Origin: a bacterium
GTDB taxonomy: Bacteria; Joyebacterota; Joyebacteria; Joyebacterales; Joyebacteraceae
Reading direction: 5' to 3'
Length of the DNA: 64,000 bases
NCBI GenBank assembly: GCA_025774545.1
Contig: JALGVU010000001.1
Span: forward strand, 28,573 to 92,572
The translations under genes and the position numbers were made by a program. This document shows positions 30,321-38,811 of this stretch, piece after piece; positions within the stretch are counted from its first letter, which is position 1, and the number at the start of each line of letters is the position of its first letter. The notes beneath the pieces are model-generated. The model saw only the letters and a list, made by a program, of their open reading frames with translations, was not told the DNA's origin and made no database searches.

Positions 30321-31345
30321 GGTGTCTCGTCGTCCAGACCGCGTTCCTCGGAGACGCCATCCTGACGCTCCCGCTCGCGCGGCTCGTCCGCGGCCTCGAG
30401 GGCGTCACGTGGGTGGGCGTCGTCGCGGCACCGGCGGGGGCCGAGTTCCTGAGGACCCAGCGCGGTCTCGACGAGGTCCTCGTCTACGACAAGCACGGGG
30501 CGGACGGCGGAGCGCGCGGCGTGCGCAGGATCACCGGGACGCTCCGCTCGCGCGGGGTCGACGTGGCGTTCGTCCCGCACCGGTCGTTCCGGAGCGCGCT
30601 CGTGACGGCGCTCGCACGGATCCCGCGCCGCGTCGGCTTCGACGAGAGCGGAGGGCGCCTTCTTCTGACCGACCGCGTGTCGTACCGCGCGTACCCGCAC
30701 GAGATCGAACGGACTTCGAGCCTGATTCGGATCGTCGGAGGGACGCTGCCCCGCGGTCGGGTTCCGTTCGAGATCGACGTGCCGGCGAACGGTGCCGAGG
30801 TCGTCGACGAGGCGCTCGGCGGGCTCGGGGTGCCGCGCGACGCGGCGGTCGTCGGAATCGCTCCCGGCAGCCGGTGGCCGACCAAACGCTGGGATCCCGT
30901 GAGGTTCGCGAGCGTCGCCGACGCGCTCGTCGATGAGACGGGCGCCGCGGTCGTGCTCGTCGGAGGCGCGGGCGACGAGGAGGCGGGGGAGGCCGTCGCC
31001 GAGAGCATGCGGGTCGCGCCCGTGAACCTGATCGGGCGGACGTCGATCGCGGCGTGGCTCGGGCTGATCGCCCGGGTCCAGGTCCTGGTCTCGAACGACT
31101 CCGCCGCGGCGCACGCCGCCGCCGGCCTCAGGACACCGGTCGTCGCCGTCTTCGGCCCGACGGTGCCCGAGCAGGGCTACGCGCCCTACTCCGACGTGGC
31201 CCGGGTCGTCGGCGGTGACGTCGACTGCAGGCCGTGCGGTCGGCACGGGGGCGAGCGCTGTCGGCTGGGGACGATGGTTTGCATGGCGGAGATCGGCGTC
31301 GACGATGTTCTCGCTCCCGCGAGGGAGCTCTTGGGGAGGGCGTGA
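30317..31345 (+). CDS. ADP-heptose--LPS heptosyltransferase (GT9)
   Basis: TTG start overlaps the upstream stop (TTGA). N-terminus LRCLVVQTAFLGDAILTLP, GT9 fold. The 30188 extension of the track ORF was rejected. Confidence 0.75.
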   Translation: MRCLVVQTAFLGDAILTLPLARLVRGLEGVTWVGVVAAPAGAEFLRTQRGLDEVLVYDKHGADGGARGVRRITGTLRSRGVDVAFVPHRSFRSALVTALARIPRRVGFDESGGRLLLTDRVSYRAYPHEIERTSSLIRIVGGTLPRGRVPFEIDVPANGAEVVDEALGGLGVPRDAAVVGIAPGSRWPTKRWDPVRFASVADALVDETGAAVVLVGGAGDEEAGEAVAESMRVAPVNLIGRTSIAAWLGLIARVQVLVSNDSAAAHAAAGLRTPVVAVFGPTVPEQGYAPYSDVARVVGGDVDCRPCGRHGGERCRLGTMVCMAEIGVDDVLAPARELLGRA

Positions 31346-31348
31346 CGC

Positions 31349-32464
31349 ATGCGCCGCTCGCTCGTGATCACCGACTCGCGCGTGTGGAACGCGGAGACGG
31401 AATACGCCCTCTCCGTCGCCCGCGCGGAGGCCGAGATCGGGGTCACGGTCGAGGTCGCGGCTGCGCCGGGGAGTCCCGCCGCCGTCCGGATCGCGGACCC
31501 CATCGGGCTCGTCGAGCTCCCGGGCCCCGCCCCGTCGCGGTCGCCGGCGGACTTCCTTGCGAACGTCCGGACCATCTCGGAGGCGGTCGGCAGGCTCGCC
31601 GTCGACGTCGTGCACTCGTCGAGCTCGACGGCGCATCTCGTGGCCGCGCTTGCCGCAGGCTCGCGCGCGCGGGTCGTGCATCTGAGAGGGAGCGCGGCGG
31701 AACCCTCTGGGCGCGCTCTGAACCGGTACCTCTACCGCAGAATGACCGACGCCGTCGTCGTCTCCTCGTCGCGCGTCGAGGACTGGGTGGTCGAGCGCCT
31801 GGGCGTTCGGCCGGATCGCGTGAGACGCATTCTCGCGCCCGTGCCGGACGTATTCTTCAAGGTCGGCGAGGGAGACGACGCGCTCCGCGCTGAACTCGGG
31901 CTCGGCGCCGGCGTTCCCATCGTGCTGAACGTCGCGAGGCTCGCCCCCGTCAAGGGGCACGACGTGCTCCTCGAGGCCATGCGCGGTGTCCTCGAGGAGG
32001 TTCCCGACGCGGTCCTCATGCTCGTCGGCGAGCCCTGGTCGGGGCAGCCTGCCGCGCTTGAGGCCCGGGCGCGCGAACTCGGCATGGAACGCTCGGTCGT
32101 CTTCGCTGGTCGCCGCGAGGACGTTCCGAGGTTGCTCGCCGCGTCGACGGTCTGCGTTTCGTCCTCGATCGGAAGCGAGGAGAACTCCCGCGCGGTCGGG
32201 GAGTACATGGCCTCGGGCCGTCCTGTCGTCGCGACACGCGTCGGGGTGATCCCGGAGCTCGTCATCGACGGCCTGACCGGGGTTCTCGTTCCGCCGTCCG
32301 ATCCCGAGGCGATGGCGCGAGGTATCAGGACGGTCCTCACGGACCGGGCGATCGCGCGACGGATGGGCGTCGAGGGGAAACGCGTGGCCGAGGAGCGGTT
32401 CTCGCTCTCGGCGTTTCGGCGCGGCCTCCTCTCCGTGATCGAAGGAGTGGAGGGAGACCGATGA
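31349..32464 (+). CDS. Glycosyltransferase family 4
   Basis: GT-B fold with EX7E-type C-terminal motif region. 371 aa. Confidence 0.75.
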   Translation: MRRSLVITDSRVWNAETEYALSVARAEAEIGVTVEVAAAPGSPAAVRIADPIGLVELPGPAPSRSPADFLANVRTISEAVGRLAVDVVHSSSSTAHLVAALAAGSRARVVHLRGSAAEPSGRALNRYLYRRMTDAVVVSSSRVEDWVVERLGVRPDRVRRILAPVPDVFFKVGEGDDALRAELGLGAGVPIVLNVARLAPVKGHDVLLEAMRGVLEEVPDAVLMLVGEPWSGQPAALEARARELGMERSVVFAGRREDVPRLLAASTVCVSSSIGSEENSRAVGEYMASGRPVVATRVGVIPELVIDGLTGVLVPPSDPEAMARGIRTVLTDRAIARRMGVEGKRVAEERFSLSAFRRGLLSVIEGVEGDR

Positions 32465-32510
32465 GGACCGCGCGCGACGGATCGGAGCACGCGGGACTTG
32501 AGGGAGACCG

Positions 32511-33620
32511 ATGAGGATCGCGTTCGTCAATTCGATGCGCTCGCTCGGCGGTGGCGAACGATGGATCGTCGAGGCCGCCCGGGGACTCGCCGACCGCGGC
32601 CACGAGATCGCTGTCGCGGCGCGATCGGGGAGCGAGCTCGCGCGTCGGAGCAGGGCCTCGGGCCACGCGACGATCGAGCTGCCGATGAGTGGCGACGGCG
32701 ATCTCGGTTCCGTCGTCCGGCTCTCGAGCTGGTTCGCGCGGAGGCGATCCCAGATTGTGTGCGCGAGCGTCCAACGGGCCGTCCGCATCGGTTCCCTCGC
32801 CGCGAGGCTCGCCAGGGTCGCCGCCGTGGTCGAACGGCGCGGCCTCTCGTTTCCTCCGAAGATCTCCGCTCTGAACCGTTTCACCTACGGGCGCCTCGTG
32901 AGCCGGGTCATCGCGAACTGCGCCGCGATCAGCGACGGCCTCCTCGAGACCGGTCTCCTGCCCGCCTCGCGCATCGTCGTGATTCCGAACGGGATCGATC
33001 CGGACCGGGTCCCGACGGGCGGGGGCGAGGCGGTGCGCGAGGAGCTCGGCGTCGCTCCCGACGCGCCGCTCGTGGCGATCGTCGGGCGCCTGGTGCGGGA
33101 CAAGGGGCACGCGGACGCCTTCGCCGCCTTCGCGTCGGTCGTTCGGGAGCTGCCGCGGGCGAGGCTCCTCGTCGTGGGCGACGGGAAGCTGCGGGACGAG
33201 CTCCGCCACCTCGCTTCCGGCATCGAGCCCGCCGGCTCGATCATCTTCGCCGGGCACAGGCCCGACGTCCCGGCGATCCTCGACGCTGCCGACGTCGTGG
33301 CGGTGACGAGCCTGCGCGAGGGCATGCCCCACGTGATCCTCGAGGCCATGACCGCCGGCACGCCCGTCGCGGCGACTACCGTCGCGGGCATCCCGGAGAT
33401 GATCGAGGGCGGGCGCGACGGGATCCTCGTTCTGCCGGACTCACCCGAGGAGATGGCGCGGGCCCTTCTCACGATCCTCACGGACGGGGAGCGTGCCGCA
33501 CGGTTCGCCGAGGCGGCGAGGCGCCGCGTCGAGACGGAGTTCTCGCTCACGGGGATGATCGACCGAGTCGAGCGCTGCTTCGCCGAGGAGATAGAAGCGG
33601 TGGCGCGGGGGGAGCGATAG
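32511..33620 (+). CDS. Glycosyltransferase family 4
   Basis: GT4 fold (MRIAFVNS..., GMPHVILEAMTAGTPVAAT). 369 aa. Confidence 0.8.
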   Translation: MRIAFVNSMRSLGGGERWIVEAARGLADRGHEIAVAARSGSELARRSRASGHATIELPMSGDGDLGSVVRLSSWFARRRSQIVCASVQRAVRIGSLAARLARVAAVVERRGLSFPPKISALNRFTYGRLVSRVIANCAAISDGLLETGLLPASRIVVIPNGIDPDRVPTGGGEAVREELGVAPDAPLVAIVGRLVRDKGHADAFAAFASVVRELPRARLLVVGDGKLRDELRHLASGIEPAGSIIFAGHRPDVPAILDAADVVAVTSLREGMPHVILEAMTAGTPVAATTVAGIPEMIEGGRDGILVLPDSPEEMARALLTILTDGERAARFAEAARRRVETEFSLTGMIDRVERCFAEEIEAVARGER

Positions 33621-33624
33621 GCGC

Positions 33625-34722
33625 ATGGGGAAGAGGGCGTTCCATCCGGCCGACGTTCGCGCGATCCTCGTCGTCAGGCTCTACTTCGTGGGCGACGTTC
33701 TGCTCGCGACGCCGGTCCTGGAGGCCCTCAGGGCGACGTTTCCCGATGCTGGCATCACGACGCTCATCAAGCGGAGGGCGCGCGACGTGCTTCTGGAGAA
33801 CCCTCACGTGGACGAGGTCCTCGAGTACGACGCCGTGCCGCACTACCACAGCCCGCGGTGGCTCTGGCGGCTCGCCCAGACCTTGAGGCGCCGGCGGTTC
33901 GACCTCGCCGTCGATCTCACAGGCGACATGAGAAGCTCCTGGCTCCTGTTCGCCGCCGACCCGGCCTTCCGCGTGGGGGTGAACCACGCCGGGGCCGGTT
34001 TCCTCCTGGACAGGAGGAGGCCCTACCGCTCGCCGGGACACGTCGTCGACCACCTCGTCTCGGTGGTCGAGACGGTCGGCGCGGGCGTCACGGGGGAACC
34101 GTCCCCCAGGATCTACCTCACGCTCGACGAGATTTCGAGGGCGGGCGCGCTCCTGGCTGAGGGCGGTCTCGGCGACGGCTCACCGTTCGTCCTGATGTCG
34201 CCGGGCGCCAATTGGGCGTACCGCCGGTGGCCGGCCGATCGGTTCGGGCGGCTGGCGGCGCGTGTCCTCGAGCGGACGGGCCTCCGGAGCGTCGTCGCGG
34301 GGACGGCGGAGGACGCCCCGCTCGCTGAGAGCGTGGTCGCGGCGTCCTCGGGCGCGGCGGTCAGCGTCGCGGGCCGGACGGGGCTCCGAGAGCTCGCGGG
34401 CCTCGCGGGCCTCGCGCGCGCGTTCGTCGGGAACGACAGCGGCCCGATGCACGTCGCGGCGTCCCAGGGCACGCCGGTCGTGGCGCTCTTCGGTCCGAAC
34501 ACGCCCACGCGGTTCGCCCCGCGGGGCGCGCCGTCTCGCGTCATCTGGCCGGACTACCCATGCAGTCCGTGCAGCCAGAAGCGGTGCGTGCGCCGCGAGG
34601 ACCCGTGCATGGAGTCGATCGAGGTCGGAGCGGTGCTCGAGGCGCTCGAGGAGCTCCTCGACGGACGGCGAGGCCGTCCGCGGGCGCCGGTCGGCGACGA
34701 GCGGAGGAGCGAACCTCGGTGA
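33625..34722 (+). CDS. ADP-heptose--LPS heptosyltransferase (GT9)
   Basis: N-terminus ILVVRLYFVGDVLLATP and C-terminal GNDSGPMHVAAS motif. Confidence 0.8.
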   Translation: MGKRAFHPADVRAILVVRLYFVGDVLLATPVLEALRATFPDAGITTLIKRRARDVLLENPHVDEVLEYDAVPHYHSPRWLWRLAQTLRRRRFDLAVDLTGDMRSSWLLFAADPAFRVGVNHAGAGFLLDRRRPYRSPGHVVDHLVSVVETVGAGVTGEPSPRIYLTLDEISRAGALLAEGGLGDGSPFVLMSPGANWAYRRWPADRFGRLAARVLERTGLRSVVAGTAEDAPLAESVVAASSGAAVSVAGRTGLRELAGLAGLARAFVGNDSGPMHVAASQGTPVVALFGPNTPTRFAPRGAPSRVIWPDYPCSPCSQKRCVRREDPCMESIEVGAVLEALEELLDGRRGRPRAPVGDERRSEPR

Positions 34723-35930
34723 ACGTGCGCGCGCGCGACGTCGTCTTTCTCTCGACGAATCACTGGACGGGACTCCCGACCAGCAAGCAGCATCTCGCGG
34801 CGGTCCTCGCGCGATCGCGGCGCGTCCTGTACGTCGACCCGCCGATCGACGTCTTCTCGACCCTCGGGCGTCCCAGACGCTGGAGGAAGCTCAGGGGGCT
34901 CGCGCGGGTCGACGAACGGCTCTGGGTCCTTTCGCCGGTCGCGCTCGCGACGAGCCGGGACCCCGAATCGAGACTCGCCTTCCACCGGCGCTATGCCCCG
35001 CGCGTGCGGCGGGCCGCTCGCGCGCTCGGCTTCGTCGCGCCGATCGCGTGGTCGTTCGCCCCGGAGCATCTGGGATACGCCGGGGCAATCGACGAGTCGC
35101 TCCTGATCTACCACGCGGCCGACGAACCCGCGGCGACGAGCCCCGATCCTACCGCGACCGGCGCCATCGAGCGCGATCACATGGAGGCCGCCGACGTCGT
35201 TCTCGTGGCTTCCCGGGCGCTCCTCGATGCCAGGGCCTGGACCGGGAAGGCGCACCGTCTTCCGAACGCGGCCGACGTGAGGCACTTCGCGCGCGTGCTG
35301 GCGGGCGACCCGGAGGCGCCGGCCGAGCGGCTCGCGGCAGCCATCCTGCGCCTGCGGCAGCGGGCGGCGCGGGTGGGTCGCGTGACCGGGAGGCCCTCGA
35401 TCCTCTTCGGCGGCGCCGCGTACGAGTGGTTCGACGAGACGCTCTTTCTGGGGGCCGCCCGCGCCCGTCCCGATTGGGACTTCACCGCGGCCGGCCCGGT
35501 CGGCCGGGCGCTCGCGCGGGCGAGGCTCCCGCCGAACGTGACGCTCCTCGGGCGGCGGCCGTACAACGAGTTCCCGGAGCACGTCGCGCTCTGCGACGTC
35601 GCCGTGATCCCTCTGAGGGAGGGTGAGCAGGCGCGGAATTGCGACCCGATCGTGATGTACGAGTACCTTCTCTGTGGAAAACCGGTGGTGGCAACGCCGT
35701 TCCCGGCAGCGCTCGAGCGCCGGCCGCTCGTGAGGACGGCTCGCGGACTCGACGGGTTCGTGCGCGAGATCGAGGAGGCTCTCGAGGAGATCGACGACGC
35801 GCCTGCTGCCCGGGAGCGCATGGCGTTCGGCTACGCGAACACGTGGGAGGACCGAGCCGAGACCGCTCTCGGGCTCATCGCCGAGGCGGCAGGGGCGTCC
35901 GAGGATGCGACGGGCGGGGGTGCGGCATGA
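34719..35930 (+). CDS. Glycosyltransferase (GT1/GT4-like GT-B fold)
   Basis: GTG start overlaps the upstream stop. Begins VNVRARDVVFLSTNHW. C-terminal half has GT-B nucleotide-binding features. The 34560 extension was rejected. Confidence 0.55.
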   Translation: MNVRARDVVFLSTNHWTGLPTSKQHLAAVLARSRRVLYVDPPIDVFSTLGRPRRWRKLRGLARVDERLWVLSPVALATSRDPESRLAFHRRYAPRVRRAARALGFVAPIAWSFAPEHLGYAGAIDESLLIYHAADEPAATSPDPTATGAIERDHMEAADVVLVASRALLDARAWTGKAHRLPNAADVRHFARVLAGDPEAPAERLAAAILRLRQRAARVGRVTGRPSILFGGAAYEWFDETLFLGAARARPDWDFTAAGPVGRALARARLPPNVTLLGRRPYNEFPEHVALCDVAVIPLREGEQARNCDPIVMYEYLLCGKPVVATPFPAALERRPLVRTARGLDGFVREIEEALEEIDDAPAARERMAFGYANTWEDRAETALGLIAEAAGASEDATGGGAA

Positions 35931-36080
35931 CACGCGGGGAGACGCCATGACGCGCGGGTGCGGCATGACACGGGGGTGCGGCATGACACGCGGGGAGACG
36001 CCATGACACGGGGGTGCGGCATGACGCCCGGCTGCGGCGTGACACGCGGGTGCGGCGTGACGCCCGGGGAGGCGGCATGA
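35923..36080 (+). repeat. Tandem array of nine 18/20-nt units (consensus GGGTGCGGCATGACACGC / GGGGAGACGCCATGACACGC), each an SD-like tract plus ATG/GTG; encodes ATGA-overlapping micro-ORFs
   Basis: ATG/GTG at 35927, 35947, 35965, 35983, 36003, 36021, 36039, 36057, 36077. Spacing follows 20,18,18,20,18,18,18,20 (56-nt super-period). Micro-ORFs are MTRGETP*, MTRGCGMTRGCGMTRGETP* and MTRGCGMTPGCGVTRGCGVTPGEAA*. Each stop overlaps the next start as ATGA. Confidence 0.85.
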
Positions 36081-37237
36081 GGAGGGCCGCGGGCTTCTTC
36101 GACGGCGTGCAGGCGTTCGGGTTCGGGGCCGTGCTCCTCGCGCTCCCGATCTCCGAGGCCGCGAAGTCGATCGGTCTCGGTCTCGCCGTCGTCGGCTTCG
36201 TGGGGAAGCTCCTCGCCGGTCACCGGCCGAAGCTCGGGAGCCGGTCGGCCCACGCGGTGCTCGCTCTCTACCTCGCGCTGGCGGCGCTCTCGGTCGCGTT
36301 CGCGGACGGCCAGTTCCGGAGACCCGAGGAGCTGGTCACGCTTGCGTCGACGCTCGTTCTTTTTCCGCTCGCGCTCGACGCGTGCCGCGCTCGTCCGAGC
36401 CGCCGCGTGCTGTTCGTCGGGCTCATCATCGCTGGCGCGACCGTGGCGGCTCTTCTGGGATACGCGCAGGCCATGATCGAGGGGAGGCTCAGGCTCAATC
36501 TCCCGTCGGTCGAGAACCCGATCCCCGCTGCGGAGTACCTGGGCGCCGCCCTCGCCGCCGGCGTGGGGCTCGGGTTCTTCGAGCTTCGCGCGGCGATCGT
36601 GGGGCCGCTCATCGGGTTCTCGTGCGGAACGTACGTCCTGGCGCTCCTCATGACGAAGTCGCGAGGACCGCTCGTCGGCGCCGTCGTCGGAACGGCCGCC
36701 GCGGTGGCCGCAAACATGAGACGCCGGTACGCGCTTCTCCTGGTTGCCCTCGCCATCGTCGCGCTCGCGTGCTTCGCGCGCCTGAACCCGGAGTCGCGCT
36801 TCGTCGGATACCGCGTCACGGGCGACATCCGGGTCTGGACGTGGAGCCAGACGATCGACCGCATCCGGGAGCGACCGTTGCTGGGGCACGGGCTCGGGAG
36901 CTTCTCGCGTCTCGGGATTGTCTACCGGGACGAGGCCATCGTGGAGCCTCAGGTCAACGCGCACAACGTCTGGCTGAACGCCGCCGCGGAGACGGGCATT
37001 CTCGGATGTGGCGCGCTCTCGCTGTTTCTGGTAATAGGTATACGTGACGTCGTTCGCGCGATCCGGCGCGCACGCGGGGGGCGGCTCGCCCGGGCGGTGG
37101 GCGTCGCCGCGCTCGCGGCGTCGCTCGCGCTCGTCGCGTCCGGGCTCTTCTCGGTATCGACCGACGCTGAGCCGGGGATGCTGCTCTTCGCGCTTCTCGC
37201 CATCGGAGCGGCAGGAGGCTCCGGGAGACAGACCTGA
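36077..37237 (+). CDS. O-antigen ligase family membrane protein (WaaL/Wzy_C-like)
   Basis: About 10 TM helices. Wzy_C region (TKSRGPLVGAVVG ... GHGLGSF). ATG preceded by GGGAGG. The track ORF from 36014 begins inside the repeat array. Confidence 0.75.
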   Translation: MRRAAGFFDGVQAFGFGAVLLALPISEAAKSIGLGLAVVGFVGKLLAGHRPKLGSRSAHAVLALYLALAALSVAFADGQFRRPEELVTLASTLVLFPLALDACRARPSRRVLFVGLIIAGATVAALLGYAQAMIEGRLRLNLPSVENPIPAAEYLGAALAAGVGLGFFELRAAIVGPLIGFSCGTYVLALLMTKSRGPLVGAVVGTAAAVAANMRRRYALLLVALAIVALACFARLNPESRFVGYRVTGDIRVWTWSQTIDRIRERPLLGHGLGSFSRLGIVYRDEAIVEPQVNAHNVWLNAAAETGILGCGALSLFLVIGIRDVVRAIRRARGGRLARAVGVAALAASLALVASGLFSVSTDAEPGMLLFALLAIGAAGGSGRQT

Positions 37238-37836
37238 TGGGCACAAGACGACTGGCCGTCTTCCTTGACAGGGACGGGACGATCAACGTCGAGCGCGGCT
37301 ACGTGACTCGGCCCGAGGACCTCGGGTTGATCGATGGCGCCGGGGGCGCGATCCGTGCGCTGAACGACGCGGGTCTCCTCGCCGTCGTGGTCAGCAACCA
37401 GTCGGGCGTCGCGCGCGGGCTCATGAGCGAGGATGACCTTGCTCGAGTGCACGAGGCGCTCGAGCGGCTCCTCGAACGGGAGGGCGCGCGGCTCGACGGC
37501 GCCTACTACTGTCCGAATTACCCCGAGGGCGTCGACGTCCGATTCACGCGGGACTTGTCGTGCCGCAAGCCGAACACCGGGATGCTCGAACTCGCGGAGC
37601 GCGAGCTCGACGTCGACCTCGCCCGGAGCGTCATGGTCGGCGACTTCGCGACCGACATCGAGCTGGCCAACCGCGCCGGGATGCCGGGCGTCCTCGTGCT
37701 GACGGGGAAGGGAACCGAAACGCTCGAGCGAGCGGCCGAGCTGGGGCTCGAGATCGCCGCCGCGGTTCCGGACATCGGCGCGGCGGTTGCGTGGATCCTC
37801 GAACGGGGGCGCGCGGACGAAGGAGACGGACGATGA
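37237..37836 (+). CDS. gmhB: D-glycero-D-manno-heptose 1,7-bisphosphate phosphatase GmhB (HAD-IIIA)
   Basis: FLDRDGTIN motif I, CxC/zinc region CPNYPEGVD...CRKP, motif GDFATD. ATG overlaps the upstream stop. Confidence 0.88.
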   Translation: MGTRRLAVFLDRDGTINVERGYVTRPEDLGLIDGAGGAIRALNDAGLLAVVVSNQSGVARGLMSEDDLARVHEALERLLEREGARLDGAYYCPNYPEGVDVRFTRDLSCRKPNTGMLELAERELDVDLARSVMVGDFATDIELANRAGMPGVLVLTGKGTETLERAAELGLEIAAAVPDIGAAVAWILERGRADEGDGR

Positions 37837-37867
37837 CCGCACGTGACCCATTGTGCCTGAAGCGGGG

Positions 37868-37932
37868 GTCGCCCGACATCGGTCCGGGCGCCCCGGGACC
37901 GCCCGAGGGCGCCCGGACCGATGTCGGACGAC
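37868..37932 (+). repeat. 25-bp inverted repeat (one mismatch) with 15-nt loop
   Basis: Left arm GTCGCCCGACATCGGTCCGGGCGCC; right arm GGCGCCCGGACCGATGTCGGACGAC. Located just after the gmhB stop. Confidence 0.8.
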
Positions 37933-37952
37933 CCGGTGTCGGTCGGCACCGG

Positions 37953-38786
37953 GTGCGGCGCGCGGGCCTCGGGCGGTCCCGGGCCCGACGCGCCGCGCTC
38001 GGGCCGACGAGCGTCCGTCGGCTCGCGCTCGTCGTCTGCGCTGCCGTCCTCGTCCTCGCGTCGGCGACGCCTGCGGGCATCCCGGCGCTCGGGCCCGCGG
38101 GGGACTCGGTCGTCCCGCCGTTCGGCGTCGGCGAACGTCTCGAGTTCGACATCAAGTACGGCTTCGTCGGCGCCGGGACGGCCATCATGAGCATCCCCGA
38201 GCTCGTCCGCGAGCGCGGCTACCTCTGCTACCGCATCGTCTCGTCGGCGGAGTCGAACGCGTTCTTCTCGGTCTTCTTCACCGTGCGGGACGTCGCCGAG
38301 TCGTACCTCGACGTGCGGGACCTCGTCTCCCGCCGCTTCGAGAAACGGCTCCGCGAGGGCGATTTCCGATCGCACGACGTCGTGCTCCTCGATCACGATC
38401 GGAACGTCGCGATCTACCCCAAGAAGAAGGACCGCGTGATTCCGCTCGCTCTCGACGCGCAGGACATCCTGTCGTCGCTCTACTACGTACGGATGATGGA
38501 CCTCGAGGTCGGGAAGTCGATCTACATCGAAAACCACGCCGACAGGAAGAACTACCCGCTCGAAATCAGGGTCATCAAGAAGGAACGCATCAAGGTCCCT
38601 GCGGGGACGTTCGACTGCCTGGTCATCGAGCCGATCATGCGCGCGTCGGGGCTCTTCCGGCACGAGGGGAAACTCACGGTCTGGCTCTCGGACGACGCGC
38701 GCAAGATCCCGGTTCTCATGAAGAGCAAGGTCGTGATCGGATCCGTCTCGGCCGTCCTCACGGACGTGAAGTACGCGCGCGACTGA
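37953..38786 (+). CDS. DUF3108-domain secreted protein
   Basis: Proposed GTG start gives a signal peptide (RRAGLGRSRARRAALGPTSVRRLALVVCAAVLVLASA). The body matches DUF3108 (beta-rich, FDIKYGFVGAGTAIM...). The alternative ATG 37833 would add 40 aa spanning the inverted repeat. Confidence 0.55.
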   Translation: MRRAGLGRSRARRAALGPTSVRRLALVVCAAVLVLASATPAGIPALGPAGDSVVPPFGVGERLEFDIKYGFVGAGTAIMSIPELVRERGYLCYRIVSSAESNAFFSVFFTVRDVAESYLDVRDLVSRRFEKRLREGDFRSHDVVLLDHDRNVAIYPKKKDRVIPLALDAQDILSSLYYVRMMDLEVGKSIYIENHADRKNYPLEIRVIKKERIKVPAGTFDCLVIEPIMRASGLFRHEGKLTVWLSDDARKIPVLMKSKVVIGSVSAVLTDVKYARD

Positions 38787-38811
38787 TCGGATTCGCGACC
38801 GAGGAGGTCAC

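Noticed and set aside
30206-32884. 892-aa minus-strand ORF antisense to GT9/GT4 genes
   Set aside because: Same high-GC antisense artefact with no recognisable motifs.
37560-37952. N-terminal extension of DUF3108 track ORF (and alternative start ATG 37833)
   Set aside because: Overlaps gmhB in another frame. A signal-peptide-like N-terminus is only obtained from the GTG at 37953. 37833 is kept as an alternative.
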